A stretch of DNA of 64,000 bases from the human T2T-CHM13v2.0 reference genome, Homo sapiens (GCF_009914755.1 NC_060932.1), one strand, 5' to 3'. Counted from the stretch's first letter, positions 46,670 to 62,378 are shown. The notes: generated by a model not told the origin, from the sequence alone. Made by a program: numbers and translations.

Positions 46670-47142
46670 TGTGAAAGGAAAATAAATCCTCGGGCCCCCA
46701 AATTACTAAGCTAAAGAGAAAAGTCAAACTGTGAACTGCTCAGGACCAACCTGCCTCCCTAATGTATTCAAAGTCACCCCTCTGCTCCCTGAGATAAATG
46801 CAGATCTGATTGCCTACTTTGGAGAGGCTAATCAGAAACTCAAAAGAATACAGCCATTTGTCCCTTACATACCTAAGACCGGGAAGCCCCCTCCCCGCTT
46901 TGAGTCTTACCACCTTTGCTTTGAGTTGTCCTGTCTTTCCAGACCGAACCAATGTTCATCCTACATATGTTGATTGATGTCTCATGTCTCCCTAAAATGT
47001 ATAAAGCCAAACTGTGCCCTGACCACCTTGGGCATATGTCATCAGAACCTCCTCAGGCTGTGTCAACGGGCACGTATCCACGACCGTGACAAAATAAACT
47101 TTCTAAATTAACTGAGACCTGTCTCAGAATTGTGGGTTCACA
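46670..47142 (+). mobile_element. MER4A-type ERV1 solo LTR, full length
   Basis: TGTGAAAGGAAAATAAATC...GGGTTCACA; perfect 4-bp TSD ATTC (46666-46669 and 47143-47146); TATAAA near 47000 and AATAAA at 47093. Confidence 0.9.
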
Positions 47143-47466
47143 ATTCAGAGTTCTGTCTCCTCCCTGAGGCAGGTTACCAGGTCTTTCAAGCCTGAGACCT
47201 GGCTTTCTCCTCCTTTTCTAGCCCCAAAACAGCTGGGGACATTCTGCACACATGACCAGTATCCATACACACATGTTGATTAAGCCTCGGTGCAGGACCA
47301 CATCCACAACCGTAACTGATGAAAAACTGGGAGGCTGATTAAAAAACTTCCATCCTTTCCCAACAATGCCTCCTACCCAACACGGGTGAGATGGGAGAGG
47401 CTGAGCAGCACTGCCTGCCATACTAATGGGGAGGCACCATTCATGTGCAGGGCGCTCTTTGCCTGC

Positions 47467-47672
47467 CCATCTCCCCTCCTAAGCCTGCAGCAGCTTCAAC
47501 TCACGGAGAACACATGTCCTTCCAATTTGTGTACAACCCAGCCAGAACCCCTCTTTCCCCTGAGTCTTTCCATCTCCCCTCCTAAGCCTGCAGCAGCTTC
47601 AACTCACACAGAACACATGTCCTTCCAATTTGTGTACAACGCAGCCAGAACCCCTCTTTCCCCTGAGCCTTT
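47467..47672. repeat. Tandem duplication, 103-bp unit
   Basis: CCATCTCCCCTCCTAAGCCTGCAGCAGCTTCAACTCAC... at 47467 and 47570; 4 mismatches. Confidence 0.95.
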
Positions 47673-47808
47673 CCTGCCCACTCCAGATAAACTCAAGTTC
47701 CTTCATCTTTGACCTCCCATAACATCACAAATTTTCTCTCATAACATATTCTTAATAGGAAACATAAGCCAGGAAGAACAGTGATATCTCTATTAAGGAA
47801 ACAAAAAG

Positions 47809-48122
47809 GGCCAGATGCAGTGGCTTATGCCTGTAATCTCAATGCTTTGGGATGCCAAGGTGGGAGGATCACTTGAGGCCAGGAGCTCAAGACCAGCCTG
47901 CGAAATACAGTGAGACCCCATCTCTATCAAAAGGTTTAAAAAATTGGCTGGGCATGGTGGTACACACCTGTAGCCCAGCTGCTCCAAAAGCCGAGGTGGA
48001 GGAATCACTTGAGCCCAGGAAGTTGAGGCTACAATGAGCCATGATCGTGCCACTGCACTCCAGCCTGAGCAACAGAGTGAGACCCTGTCTCAAAAACAAA
48101 CAAACAAACAAACAGAACAAAA
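47809..48122 (+). mobile_element. Alu (AluJ-like)
   Basis: J-type diagnostic positions; (CAAA)n tail. Confidence 0.93.
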
Positions 48123-49747
48123 TTAAAATTAAAAATCCCCAAATCCTCTGACCGACCCATATCTTCTAGGAAGCCTGTCCTATACTCTGGGCTTGCGTAG
48201 ATGCCCCTTTATTACAGTCACAAAATCTCCAAGGCTTATCTCTATCATGGCATTTACCATATGCTGTCATAACTGTCTTTTAAAGTGTCTGCATCTACCA
48301 CCAGACCGCAAAATTCTTGAAATAAGGACTGAGCCTCACTCAGCTTTGTGTGTCTGGGGCCTAACACAGTTCTTGGAACATAGTGAGCACTCACATAATG
48401 TATGGTGAATGAGTGCAACCTTCCACCCAAAAACAAATAAATAATAAAAACAAACAAATAACGTTTTTTTCCCTGGGAACTAAACTGTTTTGAATAAGGA
48501 TAATACAATTGACAGCAAAATCACCACAACACAAGGCCTGATTTGCCAGCTTCTGCAATTGCAACAAAATGCTCTGTGCAGAGGCTCCATCTGCCCCAGT
48601 CCATGGTCAAAAGAGCTGGTCCTCATCAAAGTTATCAGGAATGTACTGTGAGACTCATAATTCCATGTTCCTTTTCCTTGACCTCTCCCTTCTGTCCCCT
48701 CCACCTCGGAGGTAGGACCAGCTACACAGTTTGCAGGGCCCAGTGTAAAATGAAAATGTGGGGCCCCTTAAACATGATTAAGAATGTCAATTCTGAGACA
48801 CATGAACATTAATTCTAGCATGGGGCTCTTCAGGTTGCAGGATCCTGATGGAGTGCCTGGGTACTGGATTCCCGGCAGTTGCTAGAAATCCAAGACTGGG
48901 CCACTCTTTTCTCACCATCACCACAAGGAGGGATTCATTCTACAAAGTACAGCCTCAAGCCATGTATTTGCTTTTAAGTCTCTTATCTCAAATTTTGGAA
49001 TGAAAAGCATTTATCCTTCCTTATAGGGACTTAAAGCATCAGCAAACGCATGGAGATATTTGAAAGCAGTAAAAGGATAGAGGGGCCTGGTGAGAGAGGA
49101 ACCTTCTATCACACAGGCCTACTCCACACTGAAGAATAAACCACTGGGTTGTTCCAGAACACAGTGGGGTGACAGTAGTCAGAAGGACCCCGGTTCTGCC
49201 ACCCTTGCTTCCCTGGGGATTCTGGCTCAGAGTTCCCAAGCCCAACTCACACCCTGATGGCCTTTTGCTGTCCTGCCTGTGAGTCTCCTCCCACTACACC
49301 CCAAGTACAAGTGTGACCCACCACTAAGGAGAATCCCCACTCTTCCTTATTTCTGCACCAAGATGTCCACATACCTCTCAAATGCCCAGAATGCACCTGA
49401 AAGGCTGTCTTATGATTTCCACCACAAGTCACAAAGTTGCTATCACTGAAATGGCACACTGACATAAGGACCCATTTCCTGTCCGCTAACATCCCCAGCA
49501 TATTGCTCACCAAACATGCAGGACCTCAAATTCTATTTGACTCATCCAGAGAAGCTTTAGCAAAGTGGTCACAGAGCATTCCTTACAGGCTACTTAGTGA
49601 TACACCGACAAGTGAAGTAAAAAACTCACTATCCCCGTGAGGTGTTTGTTGAAGAGTACAGGAGGTTGGCATTGACTGTACAACCTGCTAATGTGTGTTT
49701 ATAGCTATCTCCCTGTGTCTTTGCTTTAAAACGTATCTCAAGGTGCC

Positions 49748-50422
49748 CTCTTAGTCCATTGTGTGCTGCTATAAACTACCTGGGGCTGGGTTATTTACAA
49801 AGAACAGAAATTTATTTTCTCACAATTACGGAGGCCGGGAAGTCCAAGATCAAGGCCCAGGCAGGTTCAGTTGTCTGGTAAGGGCTGTATCCTCCAGAGG
49901 AGAGGAATGCAGTGTCCTCCCAGGATAAAAGGCATAAGGGCAGAGGCCGGGCACGGTGGCTCACGCCTGTAATCCCAGCACTTTGGGAGGCTGAGATGGG
50001 CCGATCACTTGAGGTCAGGAGTTCGAGACCAGCCTGGCCAACATGGGGAAAGCCCATCTCTACTAAAAATACAAAAATTAACCAAGCATAGTGGCACGTG
50101 CCTGTAGTCCCACCTGCTAAGGAGGCTGAGGCAGGAGAATCCCCCGAAACTGGGAGACAGAGGTTGAAGTGAGCTGAGATAGAATCAGCCTGCAGCCTGT
50201 GTGACAAAGCGAGACTCCGTCTCAAAAAAAAAAAAAAAAAAAAAAGAATAAGGGCAAGCTAGCAAATGCTACACAGAACCTCTCTTACATGGGCCTTAAT
50301 CCCTTATATATATGACAGAGGAGCCCTCATGGCCTAATAATCATCTTTTAAAGGCCCCAACACTTAATGCTATCACGTTGGCAACATCTGAACTTTGGAG
50401 GGGACACATTCAAACCACAGCA
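49748..50422 (-). mobile_element. MaLR LTR (MLT1A/MST-like) interrupted by an Alu
   Basis: CTTAGTCCATT...GAAATTTATTTTCTCACA...GGAAGTCCAAGATCAAGG...GGGGACACATTCAAACCACAGCA. Confidence 0.8.
49945..50245 (+). mobile_element. Alu (AluS-like) inserted in a MaLR LTR
   Basis: Alu consensus, poly(A), TSD ATAAGGGCA. Confidence 0.95.
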
Positions 50423-53013
50423 CCCTCAAAGCCTTCACTTTTCTGTGGAACATAGCTTAGGTTCCATCTCATCTCAAAATCAAGCCTTTTGCATCTGACC
50501 CACTCTCACCACACTACTAACCCTGCAGAGGCTGGAGGAGGATGAGCCACACAGGCTGGTGACAGAAGAGCAAACCCATGGAAATGGTAGACACAAATGC
50601 CTCACATAGGGGTCACATTATCAGATGTTTGGATTGTGAAAGAGAGTTCGGAAAGCTAATTTGTTTGATGGGATGATGTCAAACTTATGTCCAAGGGATC
50701 TATTTAAAAACAGGAAATCAGAGCCAAAATATGTGCCACTTAGATCTCAGGATTAGTTTGTATATCCCATCCTGAAGGAATAACTAAACAACATAAAGAG
50801 GGATTTTCTGTGTACTTGAGACAAACAGTGAAGCACAGGATTTGATTCCATCTCTACTCTCACTTCTCTTCCCAGATGGTTGTAAAAAATTACTGCGATT
50901 ACGTAAGAATCCAACACAAAAATCAGTGCCAATGGAACATCTGGGGAAAGGGAAAAGAGAGACAAAAAATCACTTCCTCTGTGTTTTGAGGATAGATAAT
51001 AATGAAATCAATATAGATAAATTAGACATCTGTCTGATATTTTCCCTCTGCAAGCTTCGCAGAACTGTAGAAAGTGGCCACAGACAGACCAGACCTTATA
51101 AGTAACATATCTGATTGCTTCCTTTTATAGAAGAGGATCCCAAAGGGGAGGTGGCTTGTCCTGCCTGGGTCACCCGGCAGGCTGGATGGCAGAGCATCTC
51201 TGAGAGATGGTTGCTTGGCAAAGCTATGGAGAAAAGCTTTGTATTTTGCAGACAAGAGAGACCAGAAGGCTGGGCTGGGAAGGGCGACAGAGAACATATA
51301 TGTTCAGTCTCTTGTTGGTGGATTAGGAAACTGAGTCTCAAGGAGCCTAAGGGTCTTAGTCAAAATCATAGCTTCTCAAGCTTGCGTGATCATGCCACTT
51401 CTCTCACAATTAGCCTGAAGTGTTACATAACTAGGATCATCTGCAAGCATGCCTTGAACTTTTCTTGTTATTTTTTAAATACAAAGAATCCCCATCTTTG
51501 TTATACTACTACATGGTTCACCAAATTTCTTCTCCGTTTGGAACTCTCAAAGTGTGGAGAACTCCTGTTTCTAACCAACTTTTCCCATGGATTTTGAGAA
51601 ATTGCCTCAACCATGGATTACTGAAACCCAAAACCTCAAATCACTCTAAGGTTAGGAACCCAAAGAAGTTATTTTTAAGATAAATTTCACCCTTATAAAA
51701 TCCTGTCACTTGCTGTAGCTCATTACAGAACACAAATCTCAAACCAGACCTTTCCATTCCCTTCTTTCTCCTTAACTAGGTGTGGATCAAAGAATTGTGA
51801 ACCAGGATTGAAAAGGTCCCCAAATGTAATTCAGTCCAATCACCTCTCTGAAGCTAGGATCATCATTTATAACCACCTGGTCAAATGGTCACCCAGTTGA
51901 TGATAGAATTCTTGTAGTGCCAGGAATCCCACTTTGTTCTGAAACATCACTATTCTCAAAGCTGGCCCCTTATACTGCACTTAATTCTATCACACCTGCA
52001 GCTTCCTCTGACTAGTAGAATCTTTCCTAAGGCTCTGCTTCCTGTGACTATCAAAGATTGCCTCCACAATCTTGTGGTATTGATAATATTTTTCAAAATG
52101 AAATAAACTGCTCATCATAGTTCAATCTCTATAAATATATTTAAAGTATTTGCCTTTATTTACTCATCAACGAAAACAGTTGACTAGACTTTCACCAAAT
52201 ATGGAAGACACATGTGGGTCTGTCTGCCTTTAAAAAGCTGTGTGCTGCCCACGAAATCAATACTGAGTAGCTATAATGTGTCTCTAAAAGAAGGTCAGCC
52301 AAGCCTCAGAGCAAATATACTGAGGGGCAAGAGGCTGGTGTCACTGCTGATTGAGAAAGATAGGCCTTACGTGTTAAACTACTGTGCATAGAATAGCAGA
52401 TAGATTTCAAATATGAATGCAGATTGAACATCACAAGGTCACACATTCCAAATTGCAGACACTGATTTGCAATCAAGTTCTTTTGAAACTGCTCTGTATG
52501 TGGGCAGCTCTATGTAGCACACCCCAGGGAGAGTGACAACCAGGATTTTTTTTTTTAATGATGTTTAATGATTTTCCCTGAGGGTCGGCTAGTAAACTAA
52601 TACATGTGGAAATGCTTTATAAACTGTAAAGTACTATAAAATGTGATGTTGCATTATCATGATTCTAATTTTGAACTCTTACTGTGTGCTTACCATGTGC
52701 TTATACAGGTTAGCTCCTGAACATTCTAGACATTTTTACTGTTTCATATGAATGAGTTTTTTTTTTTTTTTAATCTCACACCAAAGATGATCTTGTAAAA
52801 GATTTCTTTACCTGGCTCTAGGCACATAAAACTGATGATACACTAAAATTGCATCAACTTATGGTTCACTTATCAAGTCTAAAAAAGCATAAAAGAAGAA
52901 AGTGTCCAAAGAACACAGGCATGAACAGCAGCAGGAGGCTTTTTGATTTGATGGAAGAGAGTCAGTTTTGCCTGTAGGCCCATGAGACAGTGGTTGTATA
53001 ACCAAAGCAGTGA

Positions 53014-53351
<338 letters not shown>

Positions 53352-53614
53352 AGATGAATTATATTCTTTTCAGAAATGGGGAAAGAACTAGATGTCCTTG
53401 AAGGTACTTCTTTTCCCAAATTATTAGTTGATTTTTGAACCAGTAACAATAGATAAGTTAAAAAGACATTAACTTCCAAGAAACTGGACAAGGCTGCTGT
53501 CTTCTAAAATTAGACACAAACACAAATTAATACTAGGCTGTCCTACGCCCATGAAAAAAAAGATGAGCCGTCATCTCACTAGTTTCCATGTGCTCTGACA
53601 ATCTGTATGATATA

Positions 53615-53800
53615 ATGTAGAGGTTAAGGACATGGACTCTGGAGTTAAGACTTCCAGGGTTCAAATCCTGGTTCTGTCACTTGTTAGCTGAGCAACTTTA
53701 GCTATTTAATTAATTAAATTACACCTCCATTTCCTCATTCCCTAATGGGGTCATTTCATGGGAAAAGAATAAGTGTGGCTGGCACATGTAAGTGCAATAA
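53615..53800 (+). mobile_element. MIR
   Basis: GGACTCTGGAGTTAAGAC..GGGTTCAAATCCTGGTTCTGTCACTTGTTAGCTG. Confidence 0.6.
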
Positions 53801-54174
53801 TATGTGCGTGTTATTATTCTGTTCATGAGCTTGCTAACCAAGCTCAGTTACTAGAAGTGCCCTGTCATATTTTATTTGGGTTTCAAAGTTTTATGTTTAT
53901 CTATTTTTAAAATGAAAGGAAGAAGTTCTACCTTCTTCTGCCAAGGAACAATGAAACTGTCCACTCAATGACCGTGGTTTCCATGAGAAAGTAAGTGGAA
54001 ACAGATGTTTCTGAAAAATAAAAAGCCATGCCGTACCTTTTGGTGTCACACACATAAAACTTTCCGCCAGCCATCCCAGAGCCAGCTGCCAGCCTCCTGG
54101 AGCTGGAACCTGCCTGGGTGCCAGGAACCCCCAATTCCTTTTCTTCTCCTTTCCCCCCAATTCACAAAATGCTA

Positions 54175-54817
<643 letters not shown>

Positions 54818-54845
<28 letters not shown>

Positions 54846-54931
54846 CCCTCAAAGCCGGGGCCCCCACGGAAGGGCTTCCCTGGGCTAGACCACAGGAAGC
54901 ATGCGTTTGGGGCCCCCGGAGCTGCTTGCAT
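54818..54931 (-). promoter_or_regulatory. uORF, 37 aa (MQAAPGAPNACFLW...RFWTHG*)
   Basis: Manual translation; ATG at 54931, TGA at 54820-54818; weak initiation context. Confidence 0.55.
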
Positions 54932-54935
54932 CCAT
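54885..54935 (-). promoter_or_regulatory. uORF, 16 aa (MDASSSGGPKRMLPVV*)
   Basis: GAA ATG G strong Kozak context (purine at -3, G at +4); TAG at 54887-54885. Confidence 0.65.
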
Positions 54936-54941
54936 TTCCTT

Positions 54942-55067
54942 CTAGAACGAGTTCTGCCTCTTGGAGTTAACCACCACACAGAGCAGCTTCTCTACTTTTA
55001 AAGGATGATCTTGCAGGCAGAAGCAATGACTGAAGTGAAATCTCCAAGTTTTCACCTTCATTCCCAT
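54942..55067 (-). promoter_or_regulatory. uORF, 41 aa (MGMKVKTWRFHFSHCFCLQDHPLKVEKLLCVVVNSKRQNSF*)
   Basis: GTG ATG G strong Kozak context; TAG at 54944-54942. Confidence 0.65.
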
Positions 55068-55509
55068 CACAGCCTTCCTGATGTGCAGCCAACAGCAAGA
55101 GGGGACCTGGGAAGAAACACAAATGACATCAACACTTAATCAAGACAACGACTCCCTCATGTTCCCTACGGCAATCAATATCCAATAGATCTCCTGTGAG
55201 AGTTATGGCAAATGCCTATGATAGATGATTAAATATTGTTAAATGTGTATAAATCAGAACACAAACGCACATCTGCAGTGTAACGCAAATAAGCAACAAA
55301 GGACAGAGAAAAAAGATTGGAAGGAAAATGGCAAAATCTGAACAATAATTCTCTCCAGATGGAAAGATTAAGAGTCATCTTTCTACTTCTATTTTTCTGT
55401 ATCTGGTAATTTCTGCATAGTGGCGCAAGTCCTGATGGTTAAAGGGAGAAAAGCAAAAATGTTAATGACATTGGAGTTGCTGGCAGCGGACTACTTGGCC
55501 GGAGACTGT

Positions 55510-55917
55510 GCTGTGTTTGTTTGTCCCCTCCAAGTCTTATGCTGAAATATGATCCCCAGTGTTGGGAGGTGGGGCCTGGTGGGAAGTGTTTAGATCATGG
55601 GAGTGGATCCCTCAGGCATAGCTTAGTGCCATTCTTGCTGGAGTGAGTTGGCACTCTTAGCTCCCATGAGAACTCCTTGTTGAAAAGAGCCTGGCTCTTT
55701 GTCTCTCTCTATCCCCACTCCCTCCTGCTCCCACCATATAATGCCTGCTGACCGTCACCTTCCACCATGAGTGGAAGCAGCCTGAGGCTTTCATCAGAAG
55801 CAGATGCTGGTGCCATGCTTCCTGTACAGCCTGCAGAACTGTGAGCCAGATAAACCTCTTTTCTTTTTAAGTTACGCAGCTTCAGGTATTCCTTTAGAGC
55901 AGCAAGAATGAACTAAG
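55510..55917 (+). mobile_element. MSTB-type MaLR LTR
   Basis: GATCCCCAGTGTTGGGAGGTGGGGCCTGGTGGGA...CCTGTACAGCCTGCAGAACTGTGAGCCA...GAACTAAG. Confidence 0.82.
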
Positions 55918-56568
55918 CCTGCCAGCAGGCGTGGATGCAGCCAGGTGAGCCCACATGTGTTCACCTGTGTGCACTCACTTAGAGCAGGCCTGAAAGAGGA
56001 TCGACATGGTTCTGAGCTTTCTGATCAGGAACTGGGGAAGCACCCAGAGGTTCAAATATACAAATAATAAATGTGGATGGTAACACATCCAGAAGGGATC
56101 AGGGGACAATGGTTCCAGCTAACTCTTTGATGCTGCTTACAGACAGGAGATGAATTTATCATAGAAGGGATGAGGATGGGAGAAGAAGAGAGATCAGATT
56201 CAGAAATACTGTCCTGTTGGGACCCAAATCCCAGTTATATCTCTGCTCCAGTGTCTATGAGGAATTCTGTGTCCTGATAGTTCATAAGAAATACTCAGAC
56301 GGGTCCCAGGACTTTTCACATGCTCTGCACCTCAACTCTCAATCTCACCAAATGAGAAGCCAGTCTGCCTGCCTTCTCCATTTCCCCCTGGGGTCACCCT
56401 TCCTGTTCCTCCACTCATCATGGACATTTCCACAGCACACTCCTCTTCAGATGTTCTCCTTCCTTAATCCCTTTTCCTTGTCTTCCCCTACCCATCTTAG
56501 CCAGAAAAAAAAAAAAAAAAAAAAAGAATGATTAATGGAAAATAGACCAAATAGAATTTCTTGTCTAG

Positions 56569-56899
<331 letters not shown>

Positions 56900-58310
56900 C
56901 TCCTAGATGCATCTTTCTATATCACTTCACTCACAAACAAGATCCCTGAGGGTATCATGCCTTTGCCATTTTATAAAAACTTGTCATTTTAAGTGATCCT
57001 CATGTTAACTAAATTATTCTTTATATAGTCTTCACCCGACTCAGAAAGCCAGATTCTGGGCCAATAATCATCTCATTTACTGGTAGTCTATCCTATTTAC
57101 CGATGAGAAGAAGAGCTCAGCCCAGTCAATTCACACGTTCAGGACCCTTGGGAGAAAAGAGAGAGATGTTCCTCTCAAAGACAGAATGTTAACAACCTCC
57201 TTTACTTGAATATTCACTTGCTATGCACTATGTCTACACAACAGTTCCTCTTCTATTACCCAGGAGATGTGCCTTTTAGTGATATCACTATGCTATCAAA
57301 ATAGTTTATTTCTCAACTTTTCTGAGAAATTCAACACTTAACATTCTAATATTTCCTTCAGCCCAAGGATTCTCTCTACTGTAATTTAGAACAACACACA
57401 GTTATTAGTGCTAAGTTTAAAGTGCATGTTTAGCCCTGGAAGCCTTTTCCATCTGATGAAAATCTTGGGATTTATATAATTACTGTAATTCTGTGATTGA
57501 AAACAGCTCAGCTTTGGTGTTCAGGCACCTTGCTGTTTCTAATGAAGTCTCTTAGATAAACTCATTATATCCAAGAATTAAATTACCAGTGAAGACATGT
57601 TATCGTGCTATTCTGCCACTTTCAACACTCCTACTTTAAAAAGATTGTCGTTAAAGACAAAACAAGCAAATCAAGAAACAAAAATGGAGTAGTCAACACA
57701 TTTTGTTGTGTTGTGGAAACTTAAATTATGCTGTTTTTCTCTCAGGGTTTTCTAATAAAATGGTTGTATTTGCATAAAAGATGAAAAGCATGTTGGCTAA
57801 CTGAACACTATTTAAAAACTAAATCGGTGATTTGAAAATTTAAAACTGGAATATCTTTTTGTTCTGTTCTATAATTTTCTTCAAGATCTAGTTTGGCTTT
57901 TGAAATTCACTAGTATAAATTTCAAAGTTATTTGGTATTCCACTCTTTGGAGAAAAGAAGAAAAAGTGGAAAAGACAGATTTTTAGGAAGGATGGGCATT
58001 TTTAATAGAAATAACAAAAAGTCATAAGAACTGCTGCCAAGGAGGCAGCAATGAATTTTTCCTTTGAAATGTCAGAAGCAGATAACGTGTGTCGGAAACA
58101 AAATTCCATTCTTTAACAGACAAAATATCTCTGAACCGTTCCAGCAATCTCATCTGTAATCAAACGCTTAAAAACTGGTTATACTGAAGAGGCTGGGAGT
58201 ATCTGCTTCCTGAAGTCAGAAGAGGCTTTTACCCTTCGGATTCTTGCTTCTGTGAAGACTTCATGTTTTTCCTTCGGTAGCACAAAACATCATTCTTAAA
58301 AGTGGGTGTT

Positions 58311-58692
<382 letters not shown>

Positions 58693-60573
58693 CTAAGCCA
58701 CAAAATCTCTGTGCAATCTCCTTCTCTGAGCAACAGTGGGAGAATTAAAGAGTTAAAATTTATATGTTCACAGACTTGCAGATGGAAAGCAACGTGTAAT
58801 TACCAAGCACTACTAGAAGTTAGAGATGACAGTGAAAATACAGCTTTATGTGATCACAGCAGCATTGAGCTACTATTTTAAGAACTTAGAAAGGCACCCA
58901 CATTTTTAGACCAGCTCAATCTCTTGGGGGTGGCTGTGGGACAGAGAGAGTAGGGAGCAAGGAGTCCCTGTCAACAACAAATTTTAGGACCCCTGGAAGA
59001 AGGGAGATACATAATTCCCGTTTTTTGTTTTTTTAATTGTAGAAAATCCTTATGCTCATCAGGTTTCTTGACACTGCCATTTTTAAATGTTCATCCTTAC
59101 TAATTGTTTTGCCTAATACTTTCCTATCCCTGGCCAAATCCCCAGGGATGGAACTGTGATGCATCACATCTGAAACTGTGGATTTCTTGATTAGAATGAA
59201 GGAGATATCCAAGCGCAATGCCTTTCCTGCCATTCTTACAATCTCTGGGCAACAAAACAATGGGAGAAGGCTTCTTCATGGTCTTCTGTGAAAGCAAAAC
59301 ACTCCTGCAGAGCAATGCTTGTAGGACTCACTCCGATCTGAGACCCAGAAACAACCTCCAAATAACACAGCAATGAATAAACAATAGACGACAGTCTCAG
59401 TCCACTCTATCTAGGATTCTGTCTTTATTCATCCATACAACAAATAGGCACTAAGCACTTAGTATGTTCAATGCACTGTATAAAAAGTTCCAGGAGATGA
59501 AAAGGTGAACCAAGAACAAATCCCAGCCTCAACAAATTTACTAGCTTGTAGAGGAACTAACGTCCTTTCAAATAACTATAATCTGAGCCCCAAACAGACA
59601 AATACCATTAAAATAGATATAAAGTGTTAATGTCATGTTCCCACCGACCAAACGTATGGGTGAGGAGTGGGAGATGGGAGGATCTGAAAAGTACAAATAT
59701 AATACATTTTAAAACGACAGAAGTTTAAGATAAATGTTATGTGTCATCAATATTTGTCAAGATAAGATATCCAAGTAGTTACAGATACTGTTTACCATTT
59801 CATCTCAGAAGGTAAAACAAAGGCAGGTCAGGTTTGTTTCACAGCCTAAGACTTAAACGAAATGTGGCCAGTGCATACCGGGATTTCTATGACTAGGACA
59901 GAAGTTGCTCTCAGTTTGAGTGTAAGCATTTCACTCTGCAGATTTCAGTGAACGTTTTGGTCACGAGAGCTGTGTACTCTGCCAAGATATGCCTACTAAT
60001 GTCCACAAGAAGCTCATAAATCAAGAAAGACTCAAGGACAAGCCCTGCTGATGACACGCTGTCAGGGTCAGCAGCAGGCAGAAAGGACAGTGGCTTCATG
60101 GCAAGGCCAGGGCAGGCAGCACTACATGCTACAATGACAGGCCTTGTAAGTGATAAAGGCAACTATTCAAGGAGTGGCAATAAATTCTGCAAGACATCTC
60201 CACCCCGTGTGCAGACACAGCCAAAAGGCTTGATGGAGAAAAAAACAAGCAGTGTCTATGGGGTCAGGAAGTGGTAGACCAAAGCCCTAATGCCGCAGTG
60301 CGAGTCTATTCCACTTGGGCACATACAATCAGCTCTTTGACAGCAAGGGCACAAACTAACCTTCAATCAAAGGATTAGCTGTACCAACAGAACATAAACT
60401 CAAGTCATATCTCTCGGATAAACATACCATCCTGGAGGTGTGTGGAAAGGATTCTTATTCAGAGTTTTCAAATGCTCTCAAAAATGGATATAAAGTCAGC
60501 ACTGTAAACTTTATTTGAACATATGGCTTCATTTAGAATTCCCTCTACCCCAGTTGAATTCCTGTAGGCAGGG

Positions 60574-61470
60574 TGTGATAGCCAGGTTCCAAGATGGCCC
60601 TCAATGGTCCCTGCCTCCTGGTATTCATACCACTGTGTGTCTGCTCCCACACTGTACTGGGGTCTTGATGTGAGTGACTGTATTAGTCTGTTCTCACACT
60701 GCTATGAAGAACTACCTGAGACTGGGTAATTTATAAAGAAAAGAGGTTTAATTGACTCACAGTTCCACAGCTGTACAGGAGGCATGGCTGGGGAGGCCTC
60801 AGGAAACTTACAATCATGGTGGAAGGGAAACCAAGCATATCTTCACATGGCAGCAGAAGAGACAGAAGGGGGAAGTGTTACACACTTTTTAAACAACCAG
60901 ATCTTGCGAAAACTCACTCACTATGATGAGAACAGCAAGTGGGAAATCTGCCCTCCATGATCCAATCATCTCCCACCAGGTCCCTCCCTCAATACTGGGG
61001 ATTACAATTCAAAATGAGATTTGGGTGGGGACACAGAACCAAACCCTATCAGTGACCAACCAATATGGCAGAAGAAGTGGTATGGCATTTGTGAGATTAA
61101 GTTGTAAAAGGGGGCAGCTTCTGTCTTGGGTGCCCTCTCTCCCAAGCAAGCTGCTGTGTTGTGAGCAGCCTTGTGGAGGGGCCCATGGATGAGGAACTGA
61201 AGCCTCCAGCTGACCGACAGCTAGCAAGGAACAGAGGCAGGCCTGCCGGCAACCCCCTGAAAGAGCTTGAAAATGCGTTCTGCAGCTACAGGTAAGGCCT
61301 GAGATGACTGCAACCAGAGAGCTTGATTGCAACCCTGAACGAAAACTATCCAGCTAAGCTGCTCCCAGACTCCTGACCCTAAGACCTTGTGAGATAATAA
61401 ATGTTTGTTACTTTAAGCTAAAGTTTTGGAATAATTTATTACATTCCAACAGATAGATAACTAATTCACA
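60574..61470 (+). mobile_element. MLT1 (E/F-like) MaLR LTR interrupted by MSTA
   Basis: TGTGATAGCCAGGTTCCAAGATGGCCC...GTGAGATAATAAATGTTTGTT...AGATAACTAAT. Confidence 0.75.
60679..61051 (-). mobile_element. MSTA-type MaLR solo LTR
   Basis: TGTATTAGTCTGTTCTCACACTGCTAT...CAAACCCTATCA; perfect 5-bp TSD GTGAC. Confidence 0.88.
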
Positions 61471-62378
61471 GGGTCACAGACTTCAGATTTACATAAAAAT
61501 GCTATCTCTCAACCATACACTATTTTTCATTTTATAAAATGTTTTAATATGTCTTACCTCCTATGATGCAATAATCTTGTGCCATCAGAAATACATTACT
61601 ATAATCAGTTCTCCGTTTGAGAAAATAAGGCTCAGAGAAGTTATGCGACTTGTCTAAAACCACACAACCTGCAAGATATAGAAATCGGACTCAAACCCAT
61701 CTTTGACTTGAAGCCCAATATGCTTTCTACCAAAGCCCTCCGAGATTTTATTCTTGAACAATGGTCATTAATCCAAAAATGTTTTCTTTAAGTGTCAGGG
61801 ACTTTAGGAAATCTGTAAAGTTAAAACAGAGGAACACTGTTTCCAGAAACCAGAGTCAACAATGGTGTGTTGTGTAGAAGTAGCTGACTATTACAGCACA
61901 CGGGCCAAGTTAACTGAGAAGTGATGAAGCACAGCAGCTCTGCTTCCCTTCCAGTCATTGTCTTTGCAGCCAACGGCAGCACAACCCACCAAGCTGCTTA
62001 AGCCAGAGGCAGGAAAACCATCCCTAGCCCTTCCTTCTCCATCATCTTCTGCCATTGACTCATCACCATGTCAACATGCTTCCTGTTCCAAAAGTATCTC
62101 AAATCAGTTCTTGCATCTCTACCTCCACCACCACCCTACTCAAGGCTCCATCATCTCCTACCAAGACCATGCACTAGACACTGAATATTAGAGGTGGGTG
62201 GTAGCACCCAGGACATAGGAGGATAGCGACAATGTGGGAGAAAAGAGGACAGCAAAGGTCTTAAGATCAAAGGAAAATACCGCAAAATGTAACGGAAGAC
62301 ACACGAAAGCCACTATAATGATTGAAAGACCCTAACGCTCCCAATTCCTACACCCAGTACATTCTGTTCATAGAATTT

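Noticed and set aside
51115-51597. Longer unique-sequence ORFs (160 aa here; 180 aa at 12805-13347; 149 aa at 545-994)
   Set aside because: No recognisable domain, composition typical of non-coding DNA, and no exon structure; the 51115 ORF also starts at a non-ATG codon.
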